Shown one piece after another: positions 13,991-23,863 of a stretch of DNA of 64,000 nucleotides. A program made the position numbers and the translations under genes. The stretch is from Pseudomonadota bacterium. Its GTDB lineage: Bacteria; Pseudomonadota; Gammaproteobacteria; Burkholderiales; Burkholderiaceae_C. The DNA lies in NCBI GenBank assembly GCA_023387335.1, contig JAEWIF010000003.1, positions 135,496 to 199,495 of the forward strand, written 5' to 3'. The first letter of the stretch is position 1. Each line of letters begins with the position of its first letter. The notes below the pieces were generated by a model. The model made no database searches and was not told the DNA's origin. It worked only from the letters and a program-made list of their open reading frames with translations.

Positions 13991-15484
13991 TCACGCTTGC
14001 GCGGTCGCACCGGCGAACCAGTGCTCGCGCGCCTTCATGATCAGGGCTTTGGCCTCGTCCGCGGACTGGCCGGTGATCTCGGTCAACTCGTCGACGGCCA
14101 GATCGGCCAGCTCGTCGCGGGTCTGCACGCCGGCCTCGGCCAGCTTGGTGATCATCTGGGCATCGAGGCCCTCGAGGTCGCGCAGGTCCTGCGACACACC
14201 CTCGACGCTCTCCTCGCGCACGATCTCCATGGTGAGCAGCGCGTCCTTGGCGCGGGCGCGCAGCTCGTTGACGGTGTCCTCGTCGAAGGACTCGATCTCC
14301 AGCATCTCCTGGATCGGCACGTAGGCCACTTCCTCGAGGCTGGTGAAGCCTTCGGAGATGAGGATGTCGGCGATCTCCTCGTCGACGTCGAGCTTCTGCA
14401 TGAACAGCTCGCGCAGCGTGGTCTGCTCCTCGGCCTGCTTCTGGGCCGATTCGTTGGCGTCCATGATGTTGATCTTCCAGCCGGTCAGCTCGGAAGCCAG
14501 GCGCACGTTCTGGCCGCCGCGGCCGATGGCGATGGCGAGGTTCTCCTCGTCGACCACCACGTCCATGGCGTGCTTTTCCTCGTCCACCACGATCGAGGTG
14601 ACGTTGGCCGGGGCCAGCGCGCCGATGACGAACTGCGCCGGGTCCTCGGACCACAGCACGATGTCGACCCGCTCGCCGGCCAGCTCGTTGGTGACCGCGT
14701 TCACGCGGGTGCCGCGCACGCCGACGCAGGTGCCGATCGGATCGACGCGCTTGTCGTGCGACAGCACGGCGATCTTGGCGCGCGAACCGGGGTCGCGGGC
14801 GCAGCTCTTGATCTCCAGCAGGCCCTGCTCGATCTCGGGCACTTCCTGGCGGAACAGCTCGATCATGAACTCGGGCGCCGCGCGCGACAGGATGATGGGC
14901 GCGCCGCGCAGCGTCAGGTCCACTTCCATGATCATGGCGCGCACGCGGTCGCCGTTGCGCAGGTTCTCCTTGGGGATCATCTCGCCGCGGCGCAGCCGGC
15001 CTTCGACGCGGCCGCTCTCCACGATGATGTCGCCCTTGTCCATGCGCTTGACGGTGCCCACGAAGATCTTGTCGCCGCGCGACATGAAGTCGTTCAGCAG
15101 CATCTCGCGCTCGGCGTCGCGGATCTTCTGCAGGATGACCTGCTTGGCGGCCATGGCGCCGATGCGGCCGATGGGCAGCGAGTCCACCGGCTCCTCGATG
15201 TAGTCGCCCTCGTCGACGTCTTCCACGCGCTCGCGGGCGTCCATCAGGAGTTCTTCGGCGTCCGGGTTCTGCAGGCCCTGGCTGTCGGGCACGACCAGCC
15301 AGCGGCGGAAAGTCTCGTACTCGCCGCTGTCGCGATCGATGGCGACGCGGATGTCCACCTCGCCCTCGTACAGCTTCTTGGTGGCCTGGGCCAGCGCCGA
15401 TTCGACGGCGCCGAACACCACGTCCCGCTCCACGTTCTTCTCGCGCGAGATCGCTTCGACCAGCATCAACAATTCGCGATTCAT
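13991..15484 (-). CDS. nusA: Transcription termination factor NusA
   Basis: [17 protein letters not shown]1/KH domains, [13 protein letters not shown]. Confidence 0.98.
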   Translation of the reverse strand: MNRELLMLVEAISREKNVERDVVFGAVESALAQATKKLYEGEVDIRVAIDRDSGEYETFRRWLVVPDSQGLQNPDAEELLMDARERVEDVDEGDYIEEPVDSLPIGRIGAMAAKQVILQKIRDAEREMLLNDFMSRGDKIFVGTVKRMDKGDIIVESGRVEGRLRRGEMIPKENLRNGDRVRAMIMEVDLTLRGAPIILSRAAPEFMIELFRQEVPEIEQGLLEIKSCARDPGSRAKIAVLSHDKRVDPIGTCVGVRGTRVNAVTNELAGERVDIVLWSEDPAQFVIGALAPANVTSIVVDEEKHAMDVVVDEENLAIAIGRGGQNVRLASELTGWKINIMDANESAQKQAEEQTTLRELFMQKLDVDEEIADILISEGFTSLEEVAYVPIQEMLEIESFDEDTVNELRARAKDALLTMEIVREESVEGVSQDLRDLEGLDAQMITKLAEAGVQTRDELADLAVDELTEITGQSADEAKALIMKAREHWFAGATAQA

Positions 15485-16050
15485 CACGACTCTCCTGTCT
15501 GCCTGGGCCTGCGGCCCTTGAAATCCACCACCGGCGCGAGCCGCGCCTCCTTCAATTCGTCCAGCGTGAAGCCGATCGCCTGCAGCGGCGCCTGCTCGCG
15601 CTTGCGGCTGACGCGCTGGCCCGGCTTGGCCTGCGGCTCTTCGCTCCACACCAGCTGCCAGCCGCCGCTGTCGGCCCGGCCCAGCTGGCCGCGGAACTTC
15701 TTGCGGTTGGCGGCGACCTGGCCCGCGCCGGCGGCGCCCACGGGCGCCTTCAGCGTGATGTCCACCACCTCGCCGGCGAACCGCTCGAAGTCGCGCTCGC
15801 TGCGCAGCGGGCGGTCCAGCCCGGGCGACGAAACCTCCAGCCGCTTGTAGTCCACGCCTTCGACTTCCAGCGCGTACTGCAGCTGGCGCGTGACCTTCTC
15901 GCAGTCCTCGACGTTGACGAAGTTCTCCTGCCCCGGCGTCCAGGGCAGGTCGATCGTCACGCGCAGCAAGCCTCCGGCGGAGCGTTCGATCTCCACCAAC
16001 TCATATCCCAGGCCGGCCACGGTCTGCTGGGCGATGTCCTGCAGCGCCAA
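15484..16050 (-). CDS. rimP: Ribosome maturation factor RimP
   Basis: LGYELVEIE...[11 protein letters not shown]...[15 protein letters not shown] start inferred. Confidence 0.95.
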   Translation of the reverse strand: MALQDIAQQTVAGLGYELVEIERSAGGLLRVTIDLPWTPGQENFVNVEDCEKVTRQLQYALEVEGVDYKRLEVSSPGLDRPLRSERDFERFAGEVVDITLKAPVGAAGAGQVAANRKKFRGQLGRADSGGWQLVWSEEPQAKPGQRVSRKREQAPLQAIGFTLDELKEARLAPVVDFKGRRPRQTGES

Positions 16051-16077
16051 AGTTCTTGTTGTCCTTTTGGAACGACC

Positions 16078-16105
16078 AAAAAAAAAGGGCGGTGAGTACC
16101 CGCCC
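16078..16105 (-). promoter_or_regulatory. rimP leader / intrinsic terminator-attenuator hairpin
   Basis: On the minus strand GGGCGG-GTACTCA-CCGCCC followed by a run of 9 U, about 30 nt upstream of rimP. Confidence 0.75.
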
Positions 16106-16190
16106 GTCCTGGTCGTGAAGCAAAGATTGTACCGCGAGGGGACCTTCTGCGCAACTGGGACGGGGGTGGAACGGGCAGGGAAACGGCGAC

Positions 16191-16610
16191 TCAGCCGAGC
16201 GGATCGCGCCCCGAACGCATGAGCTTGGTCTGGGCCTTGCGGCGCTTGTCGGCCAGCCGCTGCCGACCCGCGGAAGCTGGGGGCCGGGTCGGCTTTCTCA
16301 AGTGCGGCGGCTCGGCCACGCTGTCCACCAGCTCCTGCAGCCGGTCCCAGGCCTCGGCCCGGTTCAGCTCCTGGCTGCGGTGGTTCTGGGCCTTGAGCAC
16401 GACCACGCCCGAGCGGCTGATCCGGTGGTCGGCCAGCGCCAGCAGCCTGGCCTTGTGCTCGTGCGGGAGCGACGAGGCACGGACGTCGTAGCGCAGGTGG
16501 ATCGCGCTGGAGACCTTGTTGACGTTCTGCCCGCCCGCGCCCTGGGCCCGGACGGCGCTGATCTCCACCTCCTCGGGCGGGATCGCCGTACGCCTGGGCT
16601 TGAGCGTCAT
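16191..16610 (-). CDS. arfB: Alternative ribosome rescue factor ArfB (YaeJ)
   Basis: RAQGAGGQNVNKVSSA GGQ motif, RSQELNR, basic C-tail RKPTRP...KRRKAQTK. Confidence 0.95.
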   Translation of the reverse strand: MTLKPRRTAIPPEEVEISAVRAQGAGGQNVNKVSSAIHLRYDVRASSLPHEHKARLLALADHRISRSGVVVLKAQNHRSQELNRAEAWDRLQELVDSVAEPPHLRKPTRPPASAGRQRLADKRRKAQTKLMRSGRDPLG

Positions 16611-18220
16611 CAGGCCGCGGCAGCGACCAGCGCGCGGGTGTAGTCGTGCGACGGCTGGCCCAGCACCTGGTCGACCGGGCCGGATTCCAGCACCTCGCCA
16701 TCCTTCATCACCAGCACCTCGTGGGCCATCGCGCGGATCACGTCGACGTCGTGGGTGATCAGCAGGTAGGCCAGGCCCCGGTCGCGCTGCAGCCGCTGGA
16801 GCAGGGCCAGCACCTGTTTCTGGATCGTGACGTCCAGCGCGCTGGTCGGCTCGTCCAGCACCAGCAGCCGCGGCCCGACGATCAGCGCCCGCGCGATGGC
16901 GAGCCGCTGCCGCTGGCCGCCGGAGAACTCGTGCGGATAGCGGTCGAGCAGCCCGGGGAACTGCTTCTCTCCAAGCCCGACGTCGGCCAGCGCGGCCAGG
17001 ACGCGCTCGCGCCGATTGGCCGCCGGCAGCTCGGGTTCGTGCACCAGCAGGCCCTCGCCCACGATCTCCTCCACCGTCATCCGCGGTGAGAGCGAAGAGA
17101 ACGGGTCCTGGAACACCACCTGCACCTGCCGGCGCGCGGCGCGGTTGCGGGTGGCCGAGCCGCGCACCCACTGGTGGCCCACGACGTCGAGGGCGCCTCG
17201 ATGCGGGATCAGCCCGAGCGCCGCCAGCGCCAGCGTCGATTTGCCCGAGCCCGATTCACCGACCACGCCCAGGGTGCGCCGCGCGGGGATTGCGAAGCTC
17301 GCGCCGTGCACGGCGACGAACTCGCCGCGGCGGAACCAGCCGCGGAAGCCGGGCACGGGAACGGGATAGGCCACGCGAAGGTCGCCGGCCTGCATCACCG
17401 GCTGGTCCCGGCCGCCGCCCTCTTCCACCTGGCGCACCGGCCGGCTGTCGATCAGCTTCTTCGTGTACGCATGCCGCGGGTGCGAGAAGACGACGTCGAC
17501 GCCGCCCTCCTCCACCAGGTGCCCGTTCTCCATCACGGCCACCCGGTCGGCGAACTTGCGCACCATGTTCAGGTCGTGCGTGATCAGCAGCAGCGCCATG
17601 CCGTTCTGGCGCTGCAGGTCGTCGAGCAGCGCCAGGATCTGCACGCGCAGCGTGACGTCCAGGGCCGTGGTGGGCTCGTCGGCCAGCAGCAGGCGTGGAC
17701 GGCACGCCAGCGCCATCGCGATCATGGCCCGCTGCCGCTGGCCGCCCGACAGCTGGTGCGGGAAGGCATGCGCGCGACGGCGCGGATCGGGGATGCCGGT
17801 CGCGGCCAGCGCTTCGACCGCCGCTTCCCAGGCCTGTCGCCGCGACAGCGCCTGCTTGAGCTCCAGCACCTCCGCCACCTGGTCGCCCACCGGGTACAGC
17901 GGGTTCAGCGCCGTCATCGGCTCCTGGAAGATCATGGCGATGTCGTCGCCGCGGATGCCCAGCAGCTGCCGCTCGGGCAGCGAGACCAGGTCCACGGGCG
18001 GCTGGCCGGGCGTGGCGGAAGCCAGCATCGCGGAGCCGGTCACCGTGGCGTTCTGCACCAGGCCCAGCAGCGAGAGCGCGGTGACGGTCTTGCCCGATCC
18101 CGATTCGCCGACCAGTGCCAGCTTCTCGCCCGGACGGATGCTGAAGTCCACGCCGTGCACCACCTCCTTGCCACCGAAGGCGACGCGCAGGCCGCGGACG
18201 TCGAGCAGCGGCGTGGTCAT
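16610..18220 (-). CDS. yejF: Peptide ABC transporter double ATPase (YejF-like)
   Basis: Two GESGSGK Walker A motifs, LSGGQRQR and FSGGQRQR. Confidence 0.88.
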   Translation of the reverse strand: MTTPLLDVRGLRVAFGGKEVVHGVDFSIRPGEKLALVGESGSGKTVTALSLLGLVQNATVTGSAMLASATPGQPPVDLVSLPERQLLGIRGDDIAMIFQEPMTALNPLYPVGDQVAEVLELKQALSRRQAWEAAVEALAATGIPDPRRRAHAFPHQLSGGQRQRAMIAMALACRPRLLLADEPTTALDVTLRVQILALLDDLQRQNGMALLLITHDLNMVRKFADRVAVMENGHLVEEGGVDVVFSHPRHAYTKKLIDSRPVRQVEEGGGRDQPVMQAGDLRVAYPVPVPGFRGWFRRGEFVAVHGASFAIPARRTLGVVGESGSGKSTLALAALGLIPHRGALDVVGHQWVRGSATRNRAARRQVQVVFQDPFSSLSPRMTVEEIVGEGLLVHEPELPAANRRERVLAALADVGLGEKQFPGLLDRYPHEFSGGQRQRLAIARALIVGPRLLVLDEPTSALDVTIQKQVLALLQRLQRDRGLAYLLITHDVDVIRAMAHEVLVMKDGEVLESGPVDQVLGQPSHDYTRALVAAAA

Positions 18221-19311
18221 GACGAGGCCTTCCGCGGGTCGAGCGCGTCGCGCAGCGCATCGCCCATGAAGGTCAGCAGCAGCAAGGTGATGGAGAGCAC
18301 GGCGAAGGTGGAGATCGAGATCCACCACGCGTCCAGGTTGGCCTTGCCCTGGTTGAGCAACTCGCCCAGCGAAGGCGTGCCGGGCGGAACGCCCAGTCCG
18401 AGGAAGTCGAGCGAGGTCAGCGCCAGGATGGCCGCGCTCATTCGGAACGGCAGGAAGGTCACCACCGGCGTCATGCTGTTGGGCAGGATGTGGCGCCACA
18501 TGATCCGGCCGTTGCCCACGCCCAGCGCCCGCGCGGCGCGCACGTAGTCCATCTGCCGGTTGCGCAGGAACTCGGCCCGGACGTAGTCGGACAGGCCCAT
18601 CCAGCCGAACAGCGACAGCAGGATCAGCAGCAGCGCCACGCTGGGCGAGAACACCGCCGAGAAGATGATCAGCAGGTACAGCTCCGGCATCGAGCCCCAG
18701 ATCTCGATGAAGCGCTGGAACGACAGGTCGGTCTTGCCGCCGAAGAAACCCTGGATGGCGCCGGTCAGCACGCCCAGCACCACGCCGATGGCCGTCAGCG
18801 CCAGCCCGAACAGCACGCTGACCCGGAAGCCGTAGATCAGCTGCGCGAGCAGGTCGCGCCCGCGGTCGTCGGTGCCCAGCAGGTTCTCGCGCGAAGGCGC
18901 CGCCGGGTTCGGGCTCTTGGCGAAGTAGTTCAGCGTCTTCGGTCCGTAGGCATTGGGCGGATAGATCGTCCAGTTGCCACCCTCGGACAGCTTGCGCTGC
19001 ACGAAAGGATCCAGATAGTCGGCGGGCGTGTGGAAGTCGCCGCCGAACGTCGTCTCCGGGTAGTCGCGCACCAGCGGGAAGTAGAAGCTGCCCTCGTAGC
19101 GCACGACCAGCGGCTTGTCGTTGGAGAGCACTTCCGCGAACAGGCTCAGCACCACCAGCACCGAGAAGATCACCAGGCTGACGAAGCCCAGGCGGTTGCG
19201 GCGGAAGCGCTGCCAGGCGCGGCGCCCCGGGCTGACGCTCACGGGCGCGGCTACGGCCCTGGCGACCGGCTCCAGTTCGGGGGCGAGCACGGCCTCAGTC
19301 GAATTTGACAC
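18217..19311 (-). CDS. yejE: Peptide ABC transporter permease (YejE-like)
   Basis: LGTDDRGRD, VRAEFLRNRQMDYVRAARALG, HILPN. Confidence 0.88.
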   Translation of the reverse strand: MSNSTEAVLAPELEPVARAVAAPVSVSPGRRAWQRFRRNRLGFVSLVIFSVLVVLSLFAEVLSNDKPLVVRYEGSFYFPLVRDYPETTFGGDFHTPADYLDPFVQRKLSEGGNWTIYPPNAYGPKTLNYFAKSPNPAAPSRENLLGTDDRGRDLLAQLIYGFRVSVLFGLALTAIGVVLGVLTGAIQGFFGGKTDLSFQRFIEIWGSMPELYLLIIFSAVFSPSVALLLILLSLFGWMGLSDYVRAEFLRNRQMDYVRAARALGVGNGRIMWRHILPNSMTPVVTFLPFRMSAAILALTSLDFLGLGVPPGTPSLGELLNQGKANLDAWWISISTFAVLSITLLLLTFMGDALRDALDPRKASS

Positions 19312-20329
19312 GCGGGTCCACCAGCACGTAGGAGAGGTCGCTGATCAGCTTGGTCACCAAGCCGATCAGGGTGAAAAGATAGAGCGTGCCCAGCACCACC
19401 GGGTAGTCGCGCCGGATCACGCTCTCGTAGCTGAGCAGCCCCAGCCCGTCGAGCGAGAACAGCGTCTCGATCAGCAGCGAGCCGGTGAAGAACGCGCCGA
19501 TGAAGGCCGCCGGGAAGCCCGTGATGATCGGGATCAGCGCGTTGCGGAACACGTGCTTCCACAGCACCCGGCGCTCGTCCAGCCCCTTGGCCCGCGCGGT
19601 CAGCACGTATTGCTTGCGGATCTCCTCCAGGAAGGCGTTCTTGGTGAGCATGGCCGTGACCGCGAAGCTGCCGAACACCATGGCCGTGACCGGCAGCGCG
19701 ATGTGCCACAGGTAGTCCACCACCTTGCCGCCCAGGCTGAGCTGCTCCCAGCCGGGCGAGGTCAGGCCGCGAAGGGGGAACAGCTGCAACTGCCCGCCGA
19801 ACACCACCAGCAGCGCGACGCCCAGCACGAAGCCCGGGATGGCATAGCCGACCAGCACGATCAGCGTGGTGACGAAGTCGAACCGCGTCCCCGCCCTCAC
19901 CGCCTTGGCCACGCCCAGCGGCACCGCTATCAGGTAGCTGAGGAAGAACGTCCAGAGCCCCAGGCTGATGGACACCGGCAGCTTCTCCTTCACCAGCTGC
20001 CACACGTCCTTGTGCTGGTAGAAGCTGCGGCCCAGGTCGAAGCGGGCGAACTGGCCCAGCATCTGGAAGAAGCGCTCGTGCGCCGGCTTGTCGAAGCCGT
20101 AGAGCTGGCGGATCTCGGCGATGCGCTTCTCGTCGATGCCCTGGCGGCCGCGGTAGCCGGCACCGGCCGACGCGGCCCGCTCGCCGCCGGAGTCGCGGCC
20201 CTGCAGCTGCGCCACCATCTGCTCCACCGGGCCGCCGGGCACGAACTGCACGATGGCGAAGGTGATCAGCAGCACGCCCAGCAGCGTGGGGATCATCAGC
20301 AGCAGGCGCTTGAGGATATAGGCCGTCAT
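19295..20329 (-). CDS. yejB: Peptide ABC transporter permease (YejB-like)
   Basis: YILKRLLLMIPTL, VPGGPVEQ, YVLTARAKGL, RDYPVV. Confidence 0.9.
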   Translation of the reverse strand: MTAYILKRLLLMIPTLLGVLLITFAIVQFVPGGPVEQMVAQLQGRDSGGERAASAGAGYRGRQGIDEKRIAEIRQLYGFDKPAHERFFQMLGQFARFDLGRSFYQHKDVWQLVKEKLPVSISLGLWTFFLSYLIAVPLGVAKAVRAGTRFDFVTTLIVLVGYAIPGFVLGVALLVVFGGQLQLFPLRGLTSPGWEQLSLGGKVVDYLWHIALPVTAMVFGSFAVTAMLTKNAFLEEIRKQYVLTARAKGLDERRVLWKHVFRNALIPIITGFPAAFIGAFFTGSLLIETLFSLDGLGLLSYESVIRRDYPVVLGTLYLFTLIGLVTKLISDLSYVLVDPRVKFD

Positions 20330-20333
20330 GGGT

Positions 20334-22130
20334 TCAGTGCTTGCCGGGCGCGGCCCACCAGGTGGCCATCGCCCAGCCGTCGGCCTCGTAGTACGGCGGG
20401 ATCACCGGCGGCAGCTCGAAGCGCGGCGCGCGGTAGCCGATGAAGAAGGCGCCGCTGTAGTACTGCGGGATCGAGTAGTAGCCGTTTGTCAGCACGCGGT
20501 TGAGCGCGCGCATGGCGGCGTTGAGGTCCGGCCGGGTCTTGGCCTGCACCACTTTCTGCAGCAGCGCGTCCACCGCGGGGTCGGCGATGCCCCAGTAGTT
20601 GGCCGACCCGTTGGTGGTGGCGGCCCTGGAGCCGAAGTACTCCAGCAGTTCGCCGCCGGGCGCCACCATGCCCGGGATGCGGCGGGTGGTGAGCTCGAAC
20701 TCGAACTTGTCCATCCGCTCCTTGCTCAGCGAGAAGTCCACCTGCCGGTAGTTCCAGCCGATGCCCAGCTTGGCCAGGGCCTGCTCGAACGGCGCGACGA
20801 TGCGCACCAGCGAGGGCTGGTCGTTCAGGAACTCGATGACGAAGGGTTCGCCCTTCTCGTTGCGCAGCGCGCCGTCGCGGTAGGTCCAGCCCGCCTCGCG
20901 CAGCAGCGCCTGGGCCTGGCGCAGGTTGTCGCGCAGGCTGCTCGGCGGACTGGTGCTGGGCGGGATCGGCATCGGTCCGAACACCTCGGGCCGCAGCTTG
21001 TCGCGCAGCGGCTCCAGCAGCGCGAGTTCGTCCGGCTTGGGCAGGCCGTCGGCATGGAAGTCGCTGTTCGGGAAGTAGCCCTGCACGCGCTTGTACAGGC
21101 CGTAGAACAGCTGGCGGTTCATCCACTCGAAGTCCATCGCCAGCGTCAGCGCCTTGCGCACCCGGATGTCCTTGAACTTGGGATTGCGCAGGTTGAACAC
21201 GTAGCCCTGGAAGTCGCCCGGGTTGCGGTTCTCGAAGGTGGCCTTCTTCAGCTCGCCGCTGTCGAACTGCTTGCCCTTGTACTGGCGGGCCCAGTTGCGC
21301 GAGGTGAATTCGCGCAGGAAGTCGAACTCGCCGGCCTTCAGGCCTTCGAAGCGGGCCGTCTCGTCCAGGTAGATCTTGAAGCTGATGCGGTCGAAGTTGA
21401 ACTGCCCGCGCCGCACCGGCAGGTCGCGCGCCCAGTAGTTCGGGTCGCGCTGGTAGGTGATGTCGCGGCCCATGCGCGGGTCGGCGATGCGGTACGGGCC
21501 CGAGCCGATCGGCACCTCCGACACCACCTGGTCGAACGGCTTGCCCTTGCCCCACTCGCGGCTGAACACCGGCATGCCGCCGACCACCAGCGGCAGCTCC
21601 GGGTTGGGCGACACGAACTCGAAGCGCACCGTCCGGTCGTCCACCGCCACGACCTGCTTCACCTCGACGTAGATGGTTCGGAACTGCGGCGCCGCCTCCT
21701 TGCTGATCAGCGTGCGGAACGAGTGCACCACGTCGGCGGCCAGCACCGGCTTGCCGTCGTGGAAGCGCGCCTCGCGCCGCAGGCGGAAGGTGGCGGAGAG
21801 GCGATCCGGCGCGACCTCGACGTCCTCGGCCAGCAGGCCGTAGGCGGTGGTGGGCTCGTCGAAGTTGCCGGTCAGCAGGCTGTCGAACAGCAGCGCGGTC
21901 AGGCCGTAGGGCTCCGTGCCCTTGAGCGTGAACGGGTTGAACTTGTCGAAGTTGGTCGGCCGCGTGGGCGGGACCATGCGGATCTCGCCGCCCTTGGGCG
22001 CCCGCGGGTTGACGTACGAGAAGTTCTGGAAATCGGGCCCGTACTTGATGTCGCCGAATTGCGCGTACGCATGGGCCGCCCAGGAGGGAGCGGCCATCAG
22101 TGCTGCCAGCAGGACGAGCCAACCTCGCAT
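20334..22130 (-). CDS. yejA: Peptide ABC transporter substrate-binding protein (YejA-like)
   Basis: Signal peptide, [29 protein letters not shown]. Confidence 0.9.
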   Translation of the reverse strand: MRGWLVLLAALMAAPSWAAHAYAQFGDIKYGPDFQNFSYVNPRAPKGGEIRMVPPTRPTNFDKFNPFTLKGTEPYGLTALLFDSLLTGNFDEPTTAYGLLAEDVEVAPDRLSATFRLRREARFHDGKPVLAADVVHSFRTLISKEAAPQFRTIYVEVKQVVAVDDRTVRFEFVSPNPELPLVVGGMPVFSREWGKGKPFDQVVSEVPIGSGPYRIADPRMGRDITYQRDPNYWARDLPVRRGQFNFDRISFKIYLDETARFEGLKAGEFDFLREFTSRNWARQYKGKQFDSGELKKATFENRNPGDFQGYVFNLRNPKFKDIRVRKALTLAMDFEWMNRQLFYGLYKRVQGYFPNSDFHADGLPKPDELALLEPLRDKLRPEVFGPMPIPPSTSPPSSLRDNLRQAQALLREAGWTYRDGALRNEKGEPFVIEFLNDQPSLVRIVAPFEQALAKLGIGWNYRQVDFSLSKERMDKFEFELTTRRIPGMVAPGGELLEYFGSRAATTNGSANYWGIADPAVDALLQKVVQAKTRPDLNAAMRALNRVLTNGYYSIPQYYSGAFFIGYRAPRFELPPVIPPYYEADGWAMATWWAAPGKH

Positions 22131-22167
22131 GCGACAATTCTGCCGACTTTTCCAACAGCAAAAACGC

Positions 22168-22959
22168 ATGGGCTTCCTCTCCGGCAAGAAATTGTTGATC
22201 ACGGGCGTGCTTTCGAACCGCTCGATCGCCTACGGCATCGCCAAGGCCTGCCACGCGCAAGGCGCCGAGCTGGCCTTCAGCTACGTCGGCGAGCGCTTCA
22301 AGGACCGCATCACCGAATTCGCCGCGGACTTCGACTCCAAGCTGGTGTTCGACTGCGACGTGGGCGACGACGCCCAGATCGCCAAGCTCTTCTCCGACCT
22401 GTCGGCCACCTGGCCCAAGTTCGACGGCTTCGTGCACGCCATCGGCTTCGCCCCGCGCGAGGCCATCGCCGGCGACTTCCTCGATGGCCTGTCGCGCGAG
22501 GCCTTCCGCATCGCCCACGACATCAGCGCCTACAGCTTCCCCGCCATGGCCAAGGCCGCGGCGCCGATGCTCAACGACAAGGCCGCGCTGCTCACCCTGA
22601 GCTACCTGGGCGCCATCCGCACGGTCCCGAACTACAACACCATGGGCCTGGCCAAGGCCTCGCTCGAAGCCTCGGTGCGCTACCTGGCCGAGTCCCTCGG
22701 TCCCAAGGGCGTGCGCGTCAACGGCATCAGCGCCGGCCCGATCAAGACGCTGGCCGCCAGCGGGATCAAGGGCTTCGGCAAGATCCTGTCGGTGGTGGCC
22801 GAGACCTCGCCGATCCGCCGCAACGTCACCATCGAGGACGTGGGCAACGTGGCCGCGTTCCTGCTGTCCGACCTGGCCGGCGGGGTGACCGCCGAGATCA
22901 CCTACGTGGACGGCGGCTTCAGCCAGGTGGTGGGTGGCATCGCCGAACCCACCGAATAG
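22168..22959 (+). CDS. fabI: Enoyl-ACP reductase
   Basis: [47 protein letters not shown]. Confidence 0.98.
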   Translation: MGFLSGKKLLITGVLSNRSIAYGIAKACHAQGAELAFSYVGERFKDRITEFAADFDSKLVFDCDVGDDAQIAKLFSDLSATWPKFDGFVHAIGFAPREAIAGDFLDGLSREAFRIAHDISAYSFPAMAKAAAPMLNDKAALLTLSYLGAIRTVPNYNTMGLAKASLEASVRYLAESLGPKGVRVNGISAGPIKTLAASGIKGFGKILSVVAETSPIRRNVTIEDVGNVAAFLLSDLAGGVTAEITYVDGGFSQVVGGIAEPTE

Positions 22960-22987
22960 ATTCCGCGCCTCTTGAAGGAGGCGCTCC

Positions 22988-23863
22988 ATGAACGACATCC
23001 ATCCCGGCGCGGGTTTCCTCTCGCGCCGCCAAGCCTTGGCCTGGCTCGCCGGCGCCTGCGGCTTGCAAACGCCCGCGGCGCAAGCCGGGCCCATCGCCCT
23101 GATGCTGGCGCAGTCGTACGAGGCCGGTCCGGGCCTCGACCTCGCGCGCTACGCCGTCAGCGAGAAGTACGACGGCCTGCGCGGCTACTGGGACGGCCAG
23201 GCGCTATGGACCCGCGGCGGAAACCCCATCGCGACACCCGATGGGTTCACCGCCGGCTGGCCGCGGCAGCCGCTGGACGGTGAGCTCTGGGGCGGCCGCG
23301 GCCGCTTCGAGTTCGCGGTCGGCACCGCCCGCACCCAGGTGCCCGACCCGCAGGCGTGGCGCGGCATGCGCTACATGGTGTTCGACCTGCCGGCGCATCC
23401 GGGCTCCTTCCGCGAGCGCCATCGAGCGCTGGCCACCGTGCTGACCGGCGACCGGCTGCAGGCCGTCGAACAGGCCACCGTCGCCGATGCCGCCGCCTTG
23501 AAGGCGCGGCTGGACCGCACGGTGCGCAACGGCGGCGAAGGCCTGATGCTGCATCGCTGGGACGCCCCGTACCGCGCGGGCCGCAGCCCGGCCCTGCTCA
23601 AGTACAAGCCCGAGCCCGACGCCGACGCGCGGGTGGTCGGCCACCTGCCGGGCCAAGGCAAGCATGCCGGGGTGATGGGCGCCCTGCTCGTCGAGACGCC
23701 CGAAGGCTTGCGATTCCGCATCGGCTCGGGATTCAGCGACGACCAGCGCCGCCAGCCGCCCGCGGTGGGCCGCTGGGTGACGTACCGCTATCGCGGGCAG
23801 ACCGAGGCCGGCATCCCGCGGTTCGCCACCTTCCTTCGGCTGCGGCCGGACGGTGGCGACTAG
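22988..23863 (+). CDS. Minimal ATP-dependent DNA ligase (LigE-type) with N-terminal export signal
   Basis: SEKYDGLRG (KxDGxR), LDGELW, EGLML, LLKYK, GSGFSD, GIPRF; N-terminal SRRQALAWL...AQA. Confidence 0.9.
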   Translation: MNDIHPGAGFLSRRQALAWLAGACGLQTPAAQAGPIALMLAQSYEAGPGLDLARYAVSEKYDGLRGYWDGQALWTRGGNPIATPDGFTAGWPRQPLDGELWGGRGRFEFAVGTARTQVPDPQAWRGMRYMVFDLPAHPGSFRERHRALATVLTGDRLQAVEQATVADAAALKARLDRTVRNGGEGLMLHRWDAPYRAGRSPALLKYKPEPDADARVVGHLPGQGKHAGVMGALLVETPEGLRFRIGSGFSDDQRRQPPAVGRWVTYRYRGQTEAGIPRFATFLRLRPDGGD

